Assembly: GCA_050249195.1 (NCBI GenBank)
Contig: JBFWQY010000003.1
Location: forward strand, 64,023-128,022
Direction: 5' to 3'
DNA length: 64,000 nt
Source of the DNA: Bdellovibrionales bacterium
GTDB taxonomy: Bacteria > Bdellovibrionota > Bdellovibrionia > Bdellovibrionales > UBA1609
Part shown: piece after piece, positions 53,247-61,828 of the stretch
Layout of the letters: each line of letters starts with the position of its first letter
Position numbering within the stretch: position 1 is the stretch's first letter
Position numbers and translations under genes: made by a program
Notes under the pieces: model-generated
Seen by the model: only the letters and a program-made list of their open reading frames with translations
Databases searched by the model: none
What the model was told of the DNA's origin: nothing

Positions 53247-54607
53247 CGCGTCGACTTTTTGGCACGGATGGCATTCGCGGAGCCGCAAACAAGTTCCCCA
53301 TGACCCCTGATGTGGTTCTGAAGGTGGGCCAGGCCATGGGACATCTGCTCAAACAGATGCCCGGGCGCCAGGGATCCAAGCGTATGGTTCTTATTGGGAA
53401 GGACACGCGTCTGTCGGGCTACATGGTGGAGCAGGCACTGGCGAGCGGGCTAAATTCCATGGGCGTGCATGTCCAGCTCACGGGGCCGCTGCCCACACCT
53501 GGCGTGGGATTTTTAGCGCGCAATATGCGCGTGGACGCAGGCATTATCATCTCCGCCTCTCACAATCCGTACTCGGATAATGGAATCAAGATTTTCGGTG
53601 CTGACGGTTTTAAAATACCTGATGGCATGGAGCGTGAGATTGAACGCCTCGTGGGGGAAGAAGACCTCACCCCGTATTTGGCCCCCAGTGAATCCATTGG
53701 ACGCACGCGACGGATTGACGATGCTGCTGGCCGTTACATTGTCTATGCGAAGAACGCCTTTCCATTAAATCTGTCGCTTGAGGGCTTGCGCATTGTTTTG
53801 GATTGCGCCAATGGGGCGGCCTACAAGGTCGCGCCGGCCGTGTTTTCCGAATTGGGCGCGGATTTGGTGGTGATTGGCGATGGTCCCGATGGTTACAACA
53901 TTAATGATAAGACGGGTGCCTTGTACCCGGCGCGCGTGGCCGAGGCTGTGGGCACCTACCGTGCAGATGTCGGCATCAGCCTGGATGGCGACGGCGACCG
54001 CGTGATCATGGTTGATGAAAAAGGCGAGATCGTGAACGGAGATCATATTCTCGCAATCTGCGCCTTACATCTGGCGCGCGGGAAAGCGCTGCCGCAGAAC
54101 ACAGTGGTCGCCACGCAGATGAGCAATGTGGGTCTGGATCTGGCCATGAAGAAACACGGGATCAAAGTTGTGCGTACGGATGTGGGCGATAAAAATGTGG
54201 TCGAGGCCATGCGACAGCACGGCTACACTTTAGGTGGCGAGCAGAGCGGGCACATCATTCATTTGGATCACTCCACCACGGGTGATGGTTGCGTAGCGGC
54301 GTTGAACGTGCTCGCGGTGATGCGGAGCCAGGAGAAACGTTTGTCGGAACTCAAGAACATCATGGAGGATATTCCTCAGATTTTGATCAATACGCGCGTA
54401 AAGCAGCGGAAAGACTTGGGTGAAATTCGCGGCTACCAGGACATGATCCAGGCCGCGGAAGAGAAACTAAAGGGCAAAGGGCGCCTGTTTGTGCGCTTCT
54501 CGGGGACGGAGCCTGTGATCCGAGTTCTCGTTGAAGGCCCGGATCGGGCGCAAATCACGGAACTTGCCGAACAGATGGCCAAGTTTCTCCAGTCCGAACT
54601 CAGCTAG
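53243..54607 (+). CDS. glmM: Phosphoglucosamine mutase
   Basis: GTDGIRG, the active-site SASHNP, DGDGDR and GGEQSGH motifs. Confidence 0.96.
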   Translation: MTRRLFGTDGIRGAANKFPMTPDVVLKVGQAMGHLLKQMPGRQGSKRMVLIGKDTRLSGYMVEQALASGLNSMGVHVQLTGPLPTPGVGFLARNMRVDAGIIISASHNPYSDNGIKIFGADGFKIPDGMEREIERLVGEEDLTPYLAPSESIGRTRRIDDAAGRYIVYAKNAFPLNLSLEGLRIVLDCANGAAYKVAPAVFSELGADLVVIGDGPDGYNINDKTGALYPARVAEAVGTYRADVGISLDGDGDRVIMVDEKGEIVNGDHILAICALHLARGKALPQNTVVATQMSNVGLDLAMKKHGIKVVRTDVGDKNVVEAMRQHGYTLGGEQSGHIIHLDHSTTGDGCVAALNVLAVMRSQEKRLSELKNIMEDIPQILINTRVKQRKDLGEIRGYQDMIQAAEEKLKGKGRLFVRFSGTEPVIRVLVEGPDRAQITELAEQMAKFLQSELS

Positions 54608-54622
54608 ATTAAGGAATGAGCG

Positions 54623-56137
54623 ATGCGACTCGCAACAGTGGATCAGGCGCGGCAGATCGATGAGATGTCGCAAACCGTTTACGGACTGCCCGGCGAAATC
54701 CTGATGGAAGCGGCCGGAGCTTTGGCGGCCCGGGAGATTGATCTGAGTTATTTGCCCGAACTCACCCGTGGCAGCGTGGCGGTGGTGGCGGGCCCTGGCA
54801 ACAACGGCGGTGATGCGCTAGTGGTCGCCCGCCATCTCCATTCTTCGGGGTACAGGGATCTTCAGGTGTTTACCGTGGCCCCGCGCGATTCACAGAGCCC
54901 GCTCTTTCGTCTGCAACGTCAGCGCGCCGAGCTGCAGGGCTTGCGCCTGGTTGATCTTGTGGAAATTCCGGAACGGGCCGAGCAAATCAAATCGGCGGAG
55001 CTGGTGATTGATGGTGTCTTTGGCATTGGCTTTCGGGATCGGGTCAAAGAGCCTTACGCCAAGATCATTGAAGTGATCAATGCGGCTTCTGCACCCAAGG
55101 TGAGTTTAGATGCGCCCTCCGGACTGAACTGCGGAACAGGACGTGTGGAGGGTGCGGCCGTTCGCGCGTCCATGACAATTACGTTTGGACTGGCCAAGCC
55201 GGGATTTTTTGTCGGTGAAGGGCCGTCACATGTCGGGAAGCTGCGAGTCCTGCCCATAGGCTTTCCTTATGAGGCCTTGCGCGGGATCGCAACCTCTCAT
55301 TTCTTGTTTACCGAGCGTTTGGCTCGCCGCTACTTGCCCACCCGCAAGGAGACCAGCAACAAGTCCGATTTTGGTCGCCTGTTAGTTATAGCGGGGCGCC
55401 CTGGTTTTTGGGGCGCGGGCATTTTGGCCTCGACGAGCGCCTTTCGCATGGGTGCAGGTTATGTGATATGGGCGAGCTTTGAGGCTCCGTACGAAGTTTT
55501 AAAGGAAGTGCCCGAAGTGCTCACCGCACGTGTGGATGAGCCCGGGATCTGGGATTCACGCATCTCTGCCGTGGCAGTCGGGCCGGGACTGGGAACCGGG
55601 GTGGAGACCGCCCGAGTCATCGAAAGGCTCAAAGAGCTGAAAGAGATTCCCGTGGTTGTGGACGCCGATGCGATCACGGCCTGCGTGGAACACTCGTTAT
55701 TCCCCTTGCCCTCAAATTGGGTGATCACGCCTCACGCGGGTGAGCTGGCGCGAGTTTTAAAGGTGCAGGCTCAAGATGTGGAGAAGGATCGCTTTCAGGC
55801 GGCCTTTGCCGGTCACGCCAAAACAGGCTGCCATGTTCTGTTGAAAGGCTATCGGAGCTTGATCGCTCACGGGCAACGCTGCCTGATCGTTCATGCCGGC
55901 AATGCGGCTCTCGCAAAAGCCGGAACGGGCGATGTGCTGACGGGAATGGTGGGAGCCCTGCTGGCTCAAGGTTTGGATACGCCTCAAGCGGCGGCGACCG
56001 CGGCTTATGTCCATGGACGACTCGCCGATGAGTGGATTCGCTCCGGTCAGGATCAGCTGGCGCTCACGGCTTCCGATCTCAATCGCTTGCTGCCTCAAGT
56101 GGCCTCGCGTTTGCGCCTCGGCGGAGGCTTTTTGTAG
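54623..56137 (+). CDS. nnr: Bifunctional NAD(P)H-hydrate repair enzyme (epimerase/dehydratase)
   Basis: YjeF_N motif GPGNNGGDALV and C-terminal kinase-like GPGLG...AKAGTGDVLTG. Confidence 0.92.
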   Translation: MRLATVDQARQIDEMSQTVYGLPGEILMEAAGALAAREIDLSYLPELTRGSVAVVAGPGNNGGDALVVARHLHSSGYRDLQVFTVAPRDSQSPLFRLQRQRAELQGLRLVDLVEIPERAEQIKSAELVIDGVFGIGFRDRVKEPYAKIIEVINAASAPKVSLDAPSGLNCGTGRVEGAAVRASMTITFGLAKPGFFVGEGPSHVGKLRVLPIGFPYEALRGIATSHFLFTERLARRYLPTRKETSNKSDFGRLLVIAGRPGFWGAGILASTSAFRMGAGYVIWASFEAPYEVLKEVPEVLTARVDEPGIWDSRISAVAVGPGLGTGVETARVIERLKELKEIPVVVDADAITACVEHSLFPLPSNWVITPHAGELARVLKVQAQDVEKDRFQAAFAGHAKTGCHVLLKGYRSLIAHGQRCLIVHAGNAALAKAGTGDVLTGMVGALLAQGLDTPQAAATAAYVHGRLADEWIRSGQDQLALTASDLNRLLPQVASRLRLGGGFL

Positions 56138-56644
56138 ATGAAACAGCGGCCGCAATCAGAGCGGAAGTTCCATCGCACTCCAGTGACGACGCGTCTGACG
56201 TTCCCCTCGCGTGAGGCGACACAGGCCTGGGCGCAAACCTATCTTTCCCGCCTTCGCCGACCCTGCGTCGTTTGTCTTGAGGGCGAAATGGGCGCCGGCA
56301 AGACGCAGCTGGTGCGCTGGTTTTTAGAAGCCTTAGGGGCCCATGATGCCACATCTCCCACATTCGCGATCCATCACGAGTATCCGACGCCGACCGGTCC
56401 GATTGACCATGTGGACCTATATCGCGTGGAATCGGACGCGGATCTGGAAAGCACGGGTTTTTGGGATCTTTTTTTACAGCCCCAAGGGCTTGTGTTTGTA
56501 GAATGGGCGAATCGGCTTCCTGAGACGGTTTGGCCGGCGTTGTGGTCACGGATTCGAATTGGGATTCAGCGCGGGACGGGCGAGGCGCGGACCCTCGAGG
56601 TTGACGAATTCGCAGTCAACCCTCAGGATAAAGATCAGACATGA
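56138..56644 (+). CDS. tsaE: tRNA t6A biosynthesis ATPase TsaE
   Basis: Walker A LEGEMGAGKTQLVR, plus SPTFAI.HEY and DLYR motifs. Confidence 0.85.
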   Translation: MKQRPQSERKFHRTPVTTRLTFPSREATQAWAQTYLSRLRRPCVVCLEGEMGAGKTQLVRWFLEALGAHDATSPTFAIHHEYPTPTGPIDHVDLYRVESDADLESTGFWDLFLQPQGLVFVEWANRLPETVWPALWSRIRIGIQRGTGEARTLEVDEFAVNPQDKDQT

Positions 56645-57153
56645 AGAACATCTTTAAAAAAATAAAGTCCTGGTTGCACGAAGAGGGCGAAATGGGGCAA
56701 GAACCTGCACCCGTCCCGTCGCCGGCGGATGCTGACCCCGCTCACCCGCCCGGCGGACGCGGTCCGCAGACCTCGTTGCCGCATTCGAACGCCGCAACAT
56801 CCACGCCGACTCCGACGCCCGCTGCGTCCCGCTCAATTCCTGGCGCAGAAGCTCCTTCATTCAAGAAGCCTCGCTCCGCTTCGCAGCCGGAACCCGAACC
56901 TCTGCCTGAACTCACCCGACCTCCCGAAGTCGTGTTTGACCAGGGCACGCCTGGCGAGTTGGTCTCTCGTGGAACAGAACTCTACGTGAGCTGCCCGAGC
57001 TGCCAAGCCACTTGGAACCTGCGTCTGCGTTTCGCGCGTCTCCTTCTGCGCGCCTCCGCAGAACGCAAAGCCCAAATTCCTCTATCCTGTCCAACGTGCA
57101 ATCAAAATGTCGGACTCGCGGCCGACGATCCACGCCTTAAGAATATCGGATAA
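56641..57153 (+). CDS. Pro-rich protein with C-terminal zinc ribbon (CPSC...CPTC)
   Basis: ATGA overlap with tsaE. A Pro/Ala/Ser-rich middle is followed by CPSCQATW...CPTCNQ. Confidence 0.6.
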   Translation: MKNIFKKIKSWLHEEGEMGQEPAPVPSPADADPAHPPGGRGPQTSLPHSNAATSTPTPTPAASRSIPGAEAPSFKKPRSASQPEPEPLPELTRPPEVVFDQGTPGELVSRGTELYVSCPSCQATWNLRLRFARLLLRASAERKAQIPLSCPTCNQNVGLAADDPRLKNIG

Positions 57154-57323
57154 GAAACGGTGCGCACGGCGCGCTAGGTCCGCAATTTTGATTTAGCGCA
57201 TAAAGATTGCACCTGTTTATATCGTCTATTCAGAATCGGGTGTACTGCCGAGATCTTTGGCCGCACAGGTTGCTTTTCAGTCGGGCATAGATTGTGCATT
57301 TGTTCTCCAATTTTGGAGGATCT

Positions 57324-57779
57324 ATGAAGTTTTCCGGTGCTGTGATTGCATTTACCATTATGTTGATGGGAGCTTGCCCGCTGGCCTCTGGGGCCCTCTT
57401 GGGTGTTTTGGGGAATTCCCGGGCCTTTGGTTTTCTTCAGGGAGTGAGACGAACTGTGTGTGTGCCTGTGACTCATGAGAACGCCAGTATAAGGATTTTG
57501 GAAATGCAATATTTTGCTCCGATAGATTCGGAAGAAGAAGAGGGCTTTCTTTATTTGAACCTCCCCGGATCATCACCTTATTTAGTCAAATCGAAAGTCT
57601 CATTTGATAACGGAAAATTTTCGATAAAATCTGCAGAAGGCATTCCCACCGCTATGACCAATGGCTTTGCAGAAGTGATAGTGACTCTGGATAAACTTAA
57701 TGAATTTAACGAAGGAACTGTTTGGCTGATCCCCAAGGATAGGAGTAAGGCGAAAGCGACTTCCTTTACGTGCCGGTAA
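57324..57779 (+). CDS. Putative small lipoprotein or secreted protein
   Basis: ATG 57324 follows GGAGGA. MKFSGAVIAFTIMLMGAC is signal/lipobox-like. The ORF track start (57294, GTG) is less likely. Confidence 0.58.
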   Translation: MKFSGAVIAFTIMLMGACPLASGALLGVLGNSRAFGFLQGVRRTVCVPVTHENASIRILEMQYFAPIDSEEEEGFLYLNLPGSSPYLVKSKVSFDNGKFSIKSAEGIPTAMTNGFAEVIVTLDKLNEFNEGTVWLIPKDRSKAKATSFTCR

Positions 57780-57898
57780 ACTCTCGCTCGTTTTCTACGG
57801 AGCCGCCATCCTTCGCGAGCGCTCGGCGGTCATGACGACATACCGAGCTTACGTTGTTGAGGAGCCTCAAGTACCCGTTTCGTCGTGTTCCGCTGTTT

Positions 57899-58780
57899 TT
57901 ATAAACTCAGGGCTCGTAACTGATCCAGGTAGGTTTTGGCGACCAAGGAAAGATCGCGGCCGCGGCGCAGAGCCAGGAGAAGGTGGACATTGAGAGGTTT
58001 TCTTGTGGAGAGTTCAATAAGAGAGCCCTCCTGGAGTTCCTTTTCGACCATGAAGCGCGCGAGAAAGGCGATTCCACCCCCGAGGAGGCAAAAGCGCTTC
58101 TGCGCTTCCTGGCTGTTGGATTCAAAAGCGGTGGCGAGGTCTTGATCGATCAGCTTGGTTAAAGCCGTTGAAGGATGATGTTGATATTGAGATTTGATTG
58201 ATCCAATGAAGCCGGCCTCTTTGAGCGCGGTTTTAAGATGACGCCGCTGGCTTTTGGCCAGGAGCTCCGGATGGCAGACCACGGCCATTTTGGCGGAAAA
58301 CAGTTCTTCGTAGCGGATTTGCGGAATATTCACGCGGGTGAAGAACAAACCGAACTCGAGCTCGTTACGAAGCATGAGGTCAATGATGTCATTAGGAGTG
58401 CCTGCGAAGACGCTGCCCACGACTTTGGGATACCTCTTCTGGAAATCGCGCAGGTGATTTACTAAGTAATAGTTGAGGAGATGATCTGAGGCTCCGAACC
58501 GCAAATACCCTTCGCAAACTTCCTTTGTTCCACGGCAGGTGTTTTCGATTTCAACGAGCGTTCTAAAGATGCATTCGGCCTTGATATAGACATTTTGTCC
58601 CACAGCCGTAAGTGTCACCCCTTTCTTGGAGCGTTTGAGCAACTGGACGCCTTCGGCGTCTTCGAGCAGCTTCACCGCTTTGCTGATGGCCGACTGCGAG
58701 ACGTGCAGGCGCCGCGCAGCTTCGGTAAAGCTACCGAATTTAGCGACTTCATAGAAATAGCGCAGGTGATTGAGCTCCAT
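57899..58780 (-). CDS. LysR-family transcriptional regulator
   Basis: N-terminal HTH MELNHLRYFYEVAKFGSFTEAARRLHVSQSAISKAVKLLE plus a LysR substrate-binding domain of the expected length. Confidence 0.92.
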   Translation of the reverse strand: MELNHLRYFYEVAKFGSFTEAARRLHVSQSAISKAVKLLEDAEGVQLLKRSKKGVTLTAVGQNVYIKAECIFRTLVEIENTCRGTKEVCEGYLRFGASDHLLNYYLVNHLRDFQKRYPKVVGSVFAGTPNDIIDLMLRNELEFGLFFTRVNIPQIRYEELFSAKMAVVCHPELLAKSQRRHLKTALKEAGFIGSIKSQYQHHPSTALTKLIDQDLATAFESNSQEAQKRFCLLGGGIAFLARFMVEKELQEGSLIELSTRKPLNVHLLLALRRGRDLSLVAKTYLDQLRALSL

Positions 58781-58913
58781 AGTTTCAACAGTTTAGCACA
58801 TGTATTCCTAAAAGAGATGGATATAGTACTAAACATGTATTTTTAAGATGAATCTGCTGGTGCTAAATTCCTCCTCGAAGCTAGTGTCCAAAAACGAAAC
58901 AAATAGAGGATTT

Positions 58914-59384
58914 ATGAAAAAATATGTCTTATCGGCCGCAGTGGTTCTTGCTGCTTCTCAACAAGCACTCGCCGGCGCAACGAATACCCAGCTGAAATGC
59001 CAGAGTGGCAATGGCAAGGTGGAGCTGAGCGGTCATGTTCCCGGCGACTTCGCGGAATTTCATCTGACTGCGACAGTTAAAGGGAATAACGGAACGGAAA
59101 AGATTGAACTTCTGTCAGAAGTGGATCAGGAAAGTAGGCAGTTAGTCCGAAACGCACGCCTTACAATCATAGAGGACCTCGAAAATCGCGTCTACGCTCT
59201 GCAAGCAGAGGATCTTCACGAGGAAAACATTGGATTGATCCGCCTGTATGCCATTCCCAAAACGGTGAAGGTCACTAAGAGCGGACTGACAACACGATCT
59301 TCGTTTCAGGCGAAGCTTTCGGTGAGTAGTGAAAATGGGGGCGCGGAAGAGGTTGTATCCTGCACAACGATTTACGAACTCTGA
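58914..59384 (+). CDS. Secreted hypothetical protein
   Basis: ATG 58914 follows AGAGGA. Signal peptide MKKYVLSAAVVLAASQQALA. Divergent from the LysR gene. Confidence 0.62.
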   Translation: MKKYVLSAAVVLAASQQALAGATNTQLKCQSGNGKVELSGHVPGDFAEFHLTATVKGNNGTEKIELLSEVDQESRQLVRNARLTIIEDLENRVYALQAEDLHEENIGLIRLYAIPKTVKVTKSGLTTRSSFQAKLSVSSENGGAEEVVSCTTIYEL

Positions 59385-59497
59385 GAACTCTGAGATAGGG
59401 GCGGGCGTGCTTAAAAGGCGCCCGGACTGGGGCGTGATCGCTGGCATGGGCAAAGGCACACATTTTCAATGCTGTCGGGGTGTGGTAGTTTAAGCTC

Positions 59498-59959
59498 ATG
59501 ATTCGAATCTCATCTTCCGCCCAACTCTTAGAAAGCTTCAGGGATCTGGATCGCGAGGAGGTGCAAATTCCGCCCACGTTCCGATTTCCTCTTGCGATCA
59601 AAGATTACATTTCCTGGATTGAGGCCTCCGGACATCGTGTGTATCTGGTGGTGGAAGATCCGGAGAATCGCATGCCGCTGGGAGTGGTTTTTCAGCGCAC
59701 CCATGGCTCGTCTGATACGGCAGCGGCCATGTGCCAGTGGTGCCACGCCGTTCGAACGGGTCGCGCGGTCAGCTTGTTAACCGCCGCTGCCGGTCGCAAC
59801 CGCCGGATTGGACTGCATCTCTGTTCCGATTTGAACTGCAAAGAAAACGCCCTTTCACCTCCCGGTATCCATGATTTTCAGGAAGCGGTGACCGGTCGAG
59901 CCCGTGTCCAGAGCGTCGTTCAACGCATGGTGGAGTTCACAAAGCGCCATTTGTTTTAA
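59498..59959 (+). CDS. FBP-domain (treble-clef zinc finger) protein
   Basis: The C-terminal CQWCH...LHLCSDLNC arrangement and the approximately 150-aa size recall FBP C-terminal domain proteins. Tentative. Confidence 0.6.
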   Translation: MIRISSSAQLLESFRDLDREEVQIPPTFRFPLAIKDYISWIEASGHRVYLVVEDPENRMPLGVVFQRTHGSSDTAAAMCQWCHAVRTGRAVSLLTAAAGRNRRIGLHLCSDLNCKENALSPPGIHDFQEAVTGRARVQSVVQRMVEFTKRHLF

Positions 59960-59967
59960 GAAAGATT

Positions 59968-61542
59968 TTAATATTTCTCGTGCAGAAGCTGTTCAATAAT
60001 CCGCCGCCTTTCAGGCGTCGTTTTTGAAGCCGGGCTCAGATAATTGCGCAGTCGATCTTCTACTGAGTCAAGACTAAAGGGCAGATAGGTTTTGATTCCC
60101 TTCTGCAAATGGGGAATGAGGGACATCAGATACTTCAGTGGATCTCCAAAATCACCTGTATTGCAGCCTCCAACAACAATTTCTTTATTGAACTTTGATG
60201 ATTGCGCATCGGTGCAAAACAGAATGTCGTCAGTTATCGATACATCTTTATAAATGAAATTGATGAGTTGGATGTCCAACTTGCCGATCTGCGCCGTTCG
60301 CGGTTCAAATTGAAGGAGCACGAACGAAGGTTGGTCCATGATGCTGGCGAACGGGTTGGCGCCTGGAGCATTATGGCCGAGTTGATTGTGGTCCAGGTTT
60401 ATATAATGTCCAATTTCATGGGTGAAAAAAGCCTTCAGCAAGAGATCTTTGCGGAGAGGTCTGTAGTTTGCGAATGATTCGCTATTCTCAATATACTTGG
60501 CATGAATCCAGTGTGTCACTTCATATCCTCTGCCTTCTAGGATGGGACGGGTAAACTCTGAAGGCGCTTCGACAAGAGGAACTGGATCGCGGTGATTTAC
60601 AAAATCCATCCATCCGCCGCCGATAAGACCGTTCATTGGATTAAAGCTATACGACACGCCTCCAGACATGGCCGTCCATGAAATCTCTTTCGGCCCCCGC
60701 CAGGCGACACATAATTGAGAGGAAGAAAAGCATTCCGCGGGATCGAGCTTTGACTTTCTCTGATCCAAAACGAGGATTTCTGTACCGAGAGCTAAGTTCC
60801 ATTGTTCCAACGAATTCCTTAACAGATCCAAATGTTCGTCTGGAAATCCTGCATCTACACGGACTATCTTTGTGTCCGTCAAATTATGTTTAAGATAAAA
60901 TCTGGGGAATAAGTCCAGGAGGTTGGGGGTGCCATAGGTTTTCATGTTGGCGTTCCCCCATGCCAATGGCGTCGAATAGATGGGCAGGGGAGTTGACACT
61001 ACCGGGACTCCGGGTTCCGACGCGTGTTGGGTCGGAAACAAGACCACGTGTGAGGGATTGCCCTCGTCAGGAGCTGAAAATGAGAAGACAGCGTACTTAT
61101 CAGTAACGACGGAGACGGACTGTAACTTTCGTTTGTTATAGCCAATCGGAAAGGGCGACGAATGAAAAACTATGGGATTTTCCAATTCATTGAGTTTAAA
61201 CTGGGCCTTTGTCGGCCTCACCTTTCCCGCGGGATTGGGGTCGTTCAACAGATCCTCGAAAGACATGGTGCTTTGTTCATAAAAAGTGAGGCTTGAGCCT
61301 TCCCGCTTCCAAGACCAGATCTTGTTCTCTGGTCGTGCGAAGACTCCCTCATTGGTTTCCGTATATTGCACACTGTGCCACAGAGGGTGCTGCTGAATGA
61401 GCTGTCGGAGGCGGACTAGGGATTCCGAAGTCCATTGAAACTCCGCCGCTCTTGAAACGGAGCCGGTGCCGTAGAAAGTAAGACAGGTGAAAACAAAAAT
61501 AACTCTCTTGAGTATCACAAGACACCTCATTTCGATAATCAT
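59968..61542 (-). CDS. Secreted zinc metalloprotease, metzincin-like
   Basis: Signal-like N-terminus. HEIGHYINLDH (60388-60420) fits HExxHxxxxxH. The gene is visibly AT-richer than its surroundings. Confidence 0.68.
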   Translation of the reverse strand: MIIEMRCLVILKRVIFVFTCLTFYGTGSVSRAAEFQWTSESLVRLRQLIQQHPLWHSVQYTETNEGVFARPENKIWSWKREGSSLTFYEQSTMSFEDLLNDPNPAGKVRPTKAQFKLNELENPIVFHSSPFPIGYNKRKLQSVSVVTDKYAVFSFSAPDEGNPSHVVLFPTQHASEPGVPVVSTPLPIYSTPLAWGNANMKTYGTPNLLDLFPRFYLKHNLTDTKIVRVDAGFPDEHLDLLRNSLEQWNLALGTEILVLDQRKSKLDPAECFSSSQLCVAWRGPKEISWTAMSGGVSYSFNPMNGLIGGGWMDFVNHRDPVPLVEAPSEFTRPILEGRGYEVTHWIHAKYIENSESFANYRPLRKDLLLKAFFTHEIGHYINLDHNQLGHNAPGANPFASIMDQPSFVLLQFEPRTAQIGKLDIQLINFIYKDVSITDDILFCTDAQSSKFNKEIVVGGCNTGDFGDPLKYLMSLIPHLQKGIKTYLPFSLDSVEDRLRNYLSPASKTTPERRRIIEQLLHEKY

Positions 61543-61828
61543 CGCTGGGATGTATCCTGTTCAAACTGCATGCCTCGGTGGGATGTTCTCGCTCGGAAGG
61601 CGAAGGAAAGCGCTGGTCCCTAGGTAAGGATCGCTACTCCCACAGCCGACATGCCGCCGGCTGAAAGTTCGACACTATTCTCAATATCTCCGCTCAAATG
61701 ATTTTCGCTGTTCATACCTTCGACAGTTTTTGACAGTTATCTCCGCTTTATCACTTGTAAGGGATGTCTCAAAAGGGGCGCATGGATTGCATCTCAAGTT
61801 GGGTAGCAGGATTGAAGGGGAGTCACAA

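Noticed and set aside
59495-59520. tRNA-like T-arm string (ATGATTCGAATCTCAT)
   Set aside because: There is no acceptor, D or anticodon arm around it. It is the start of the FBP-like CDS (ATG ATT CGA ATC TCA).
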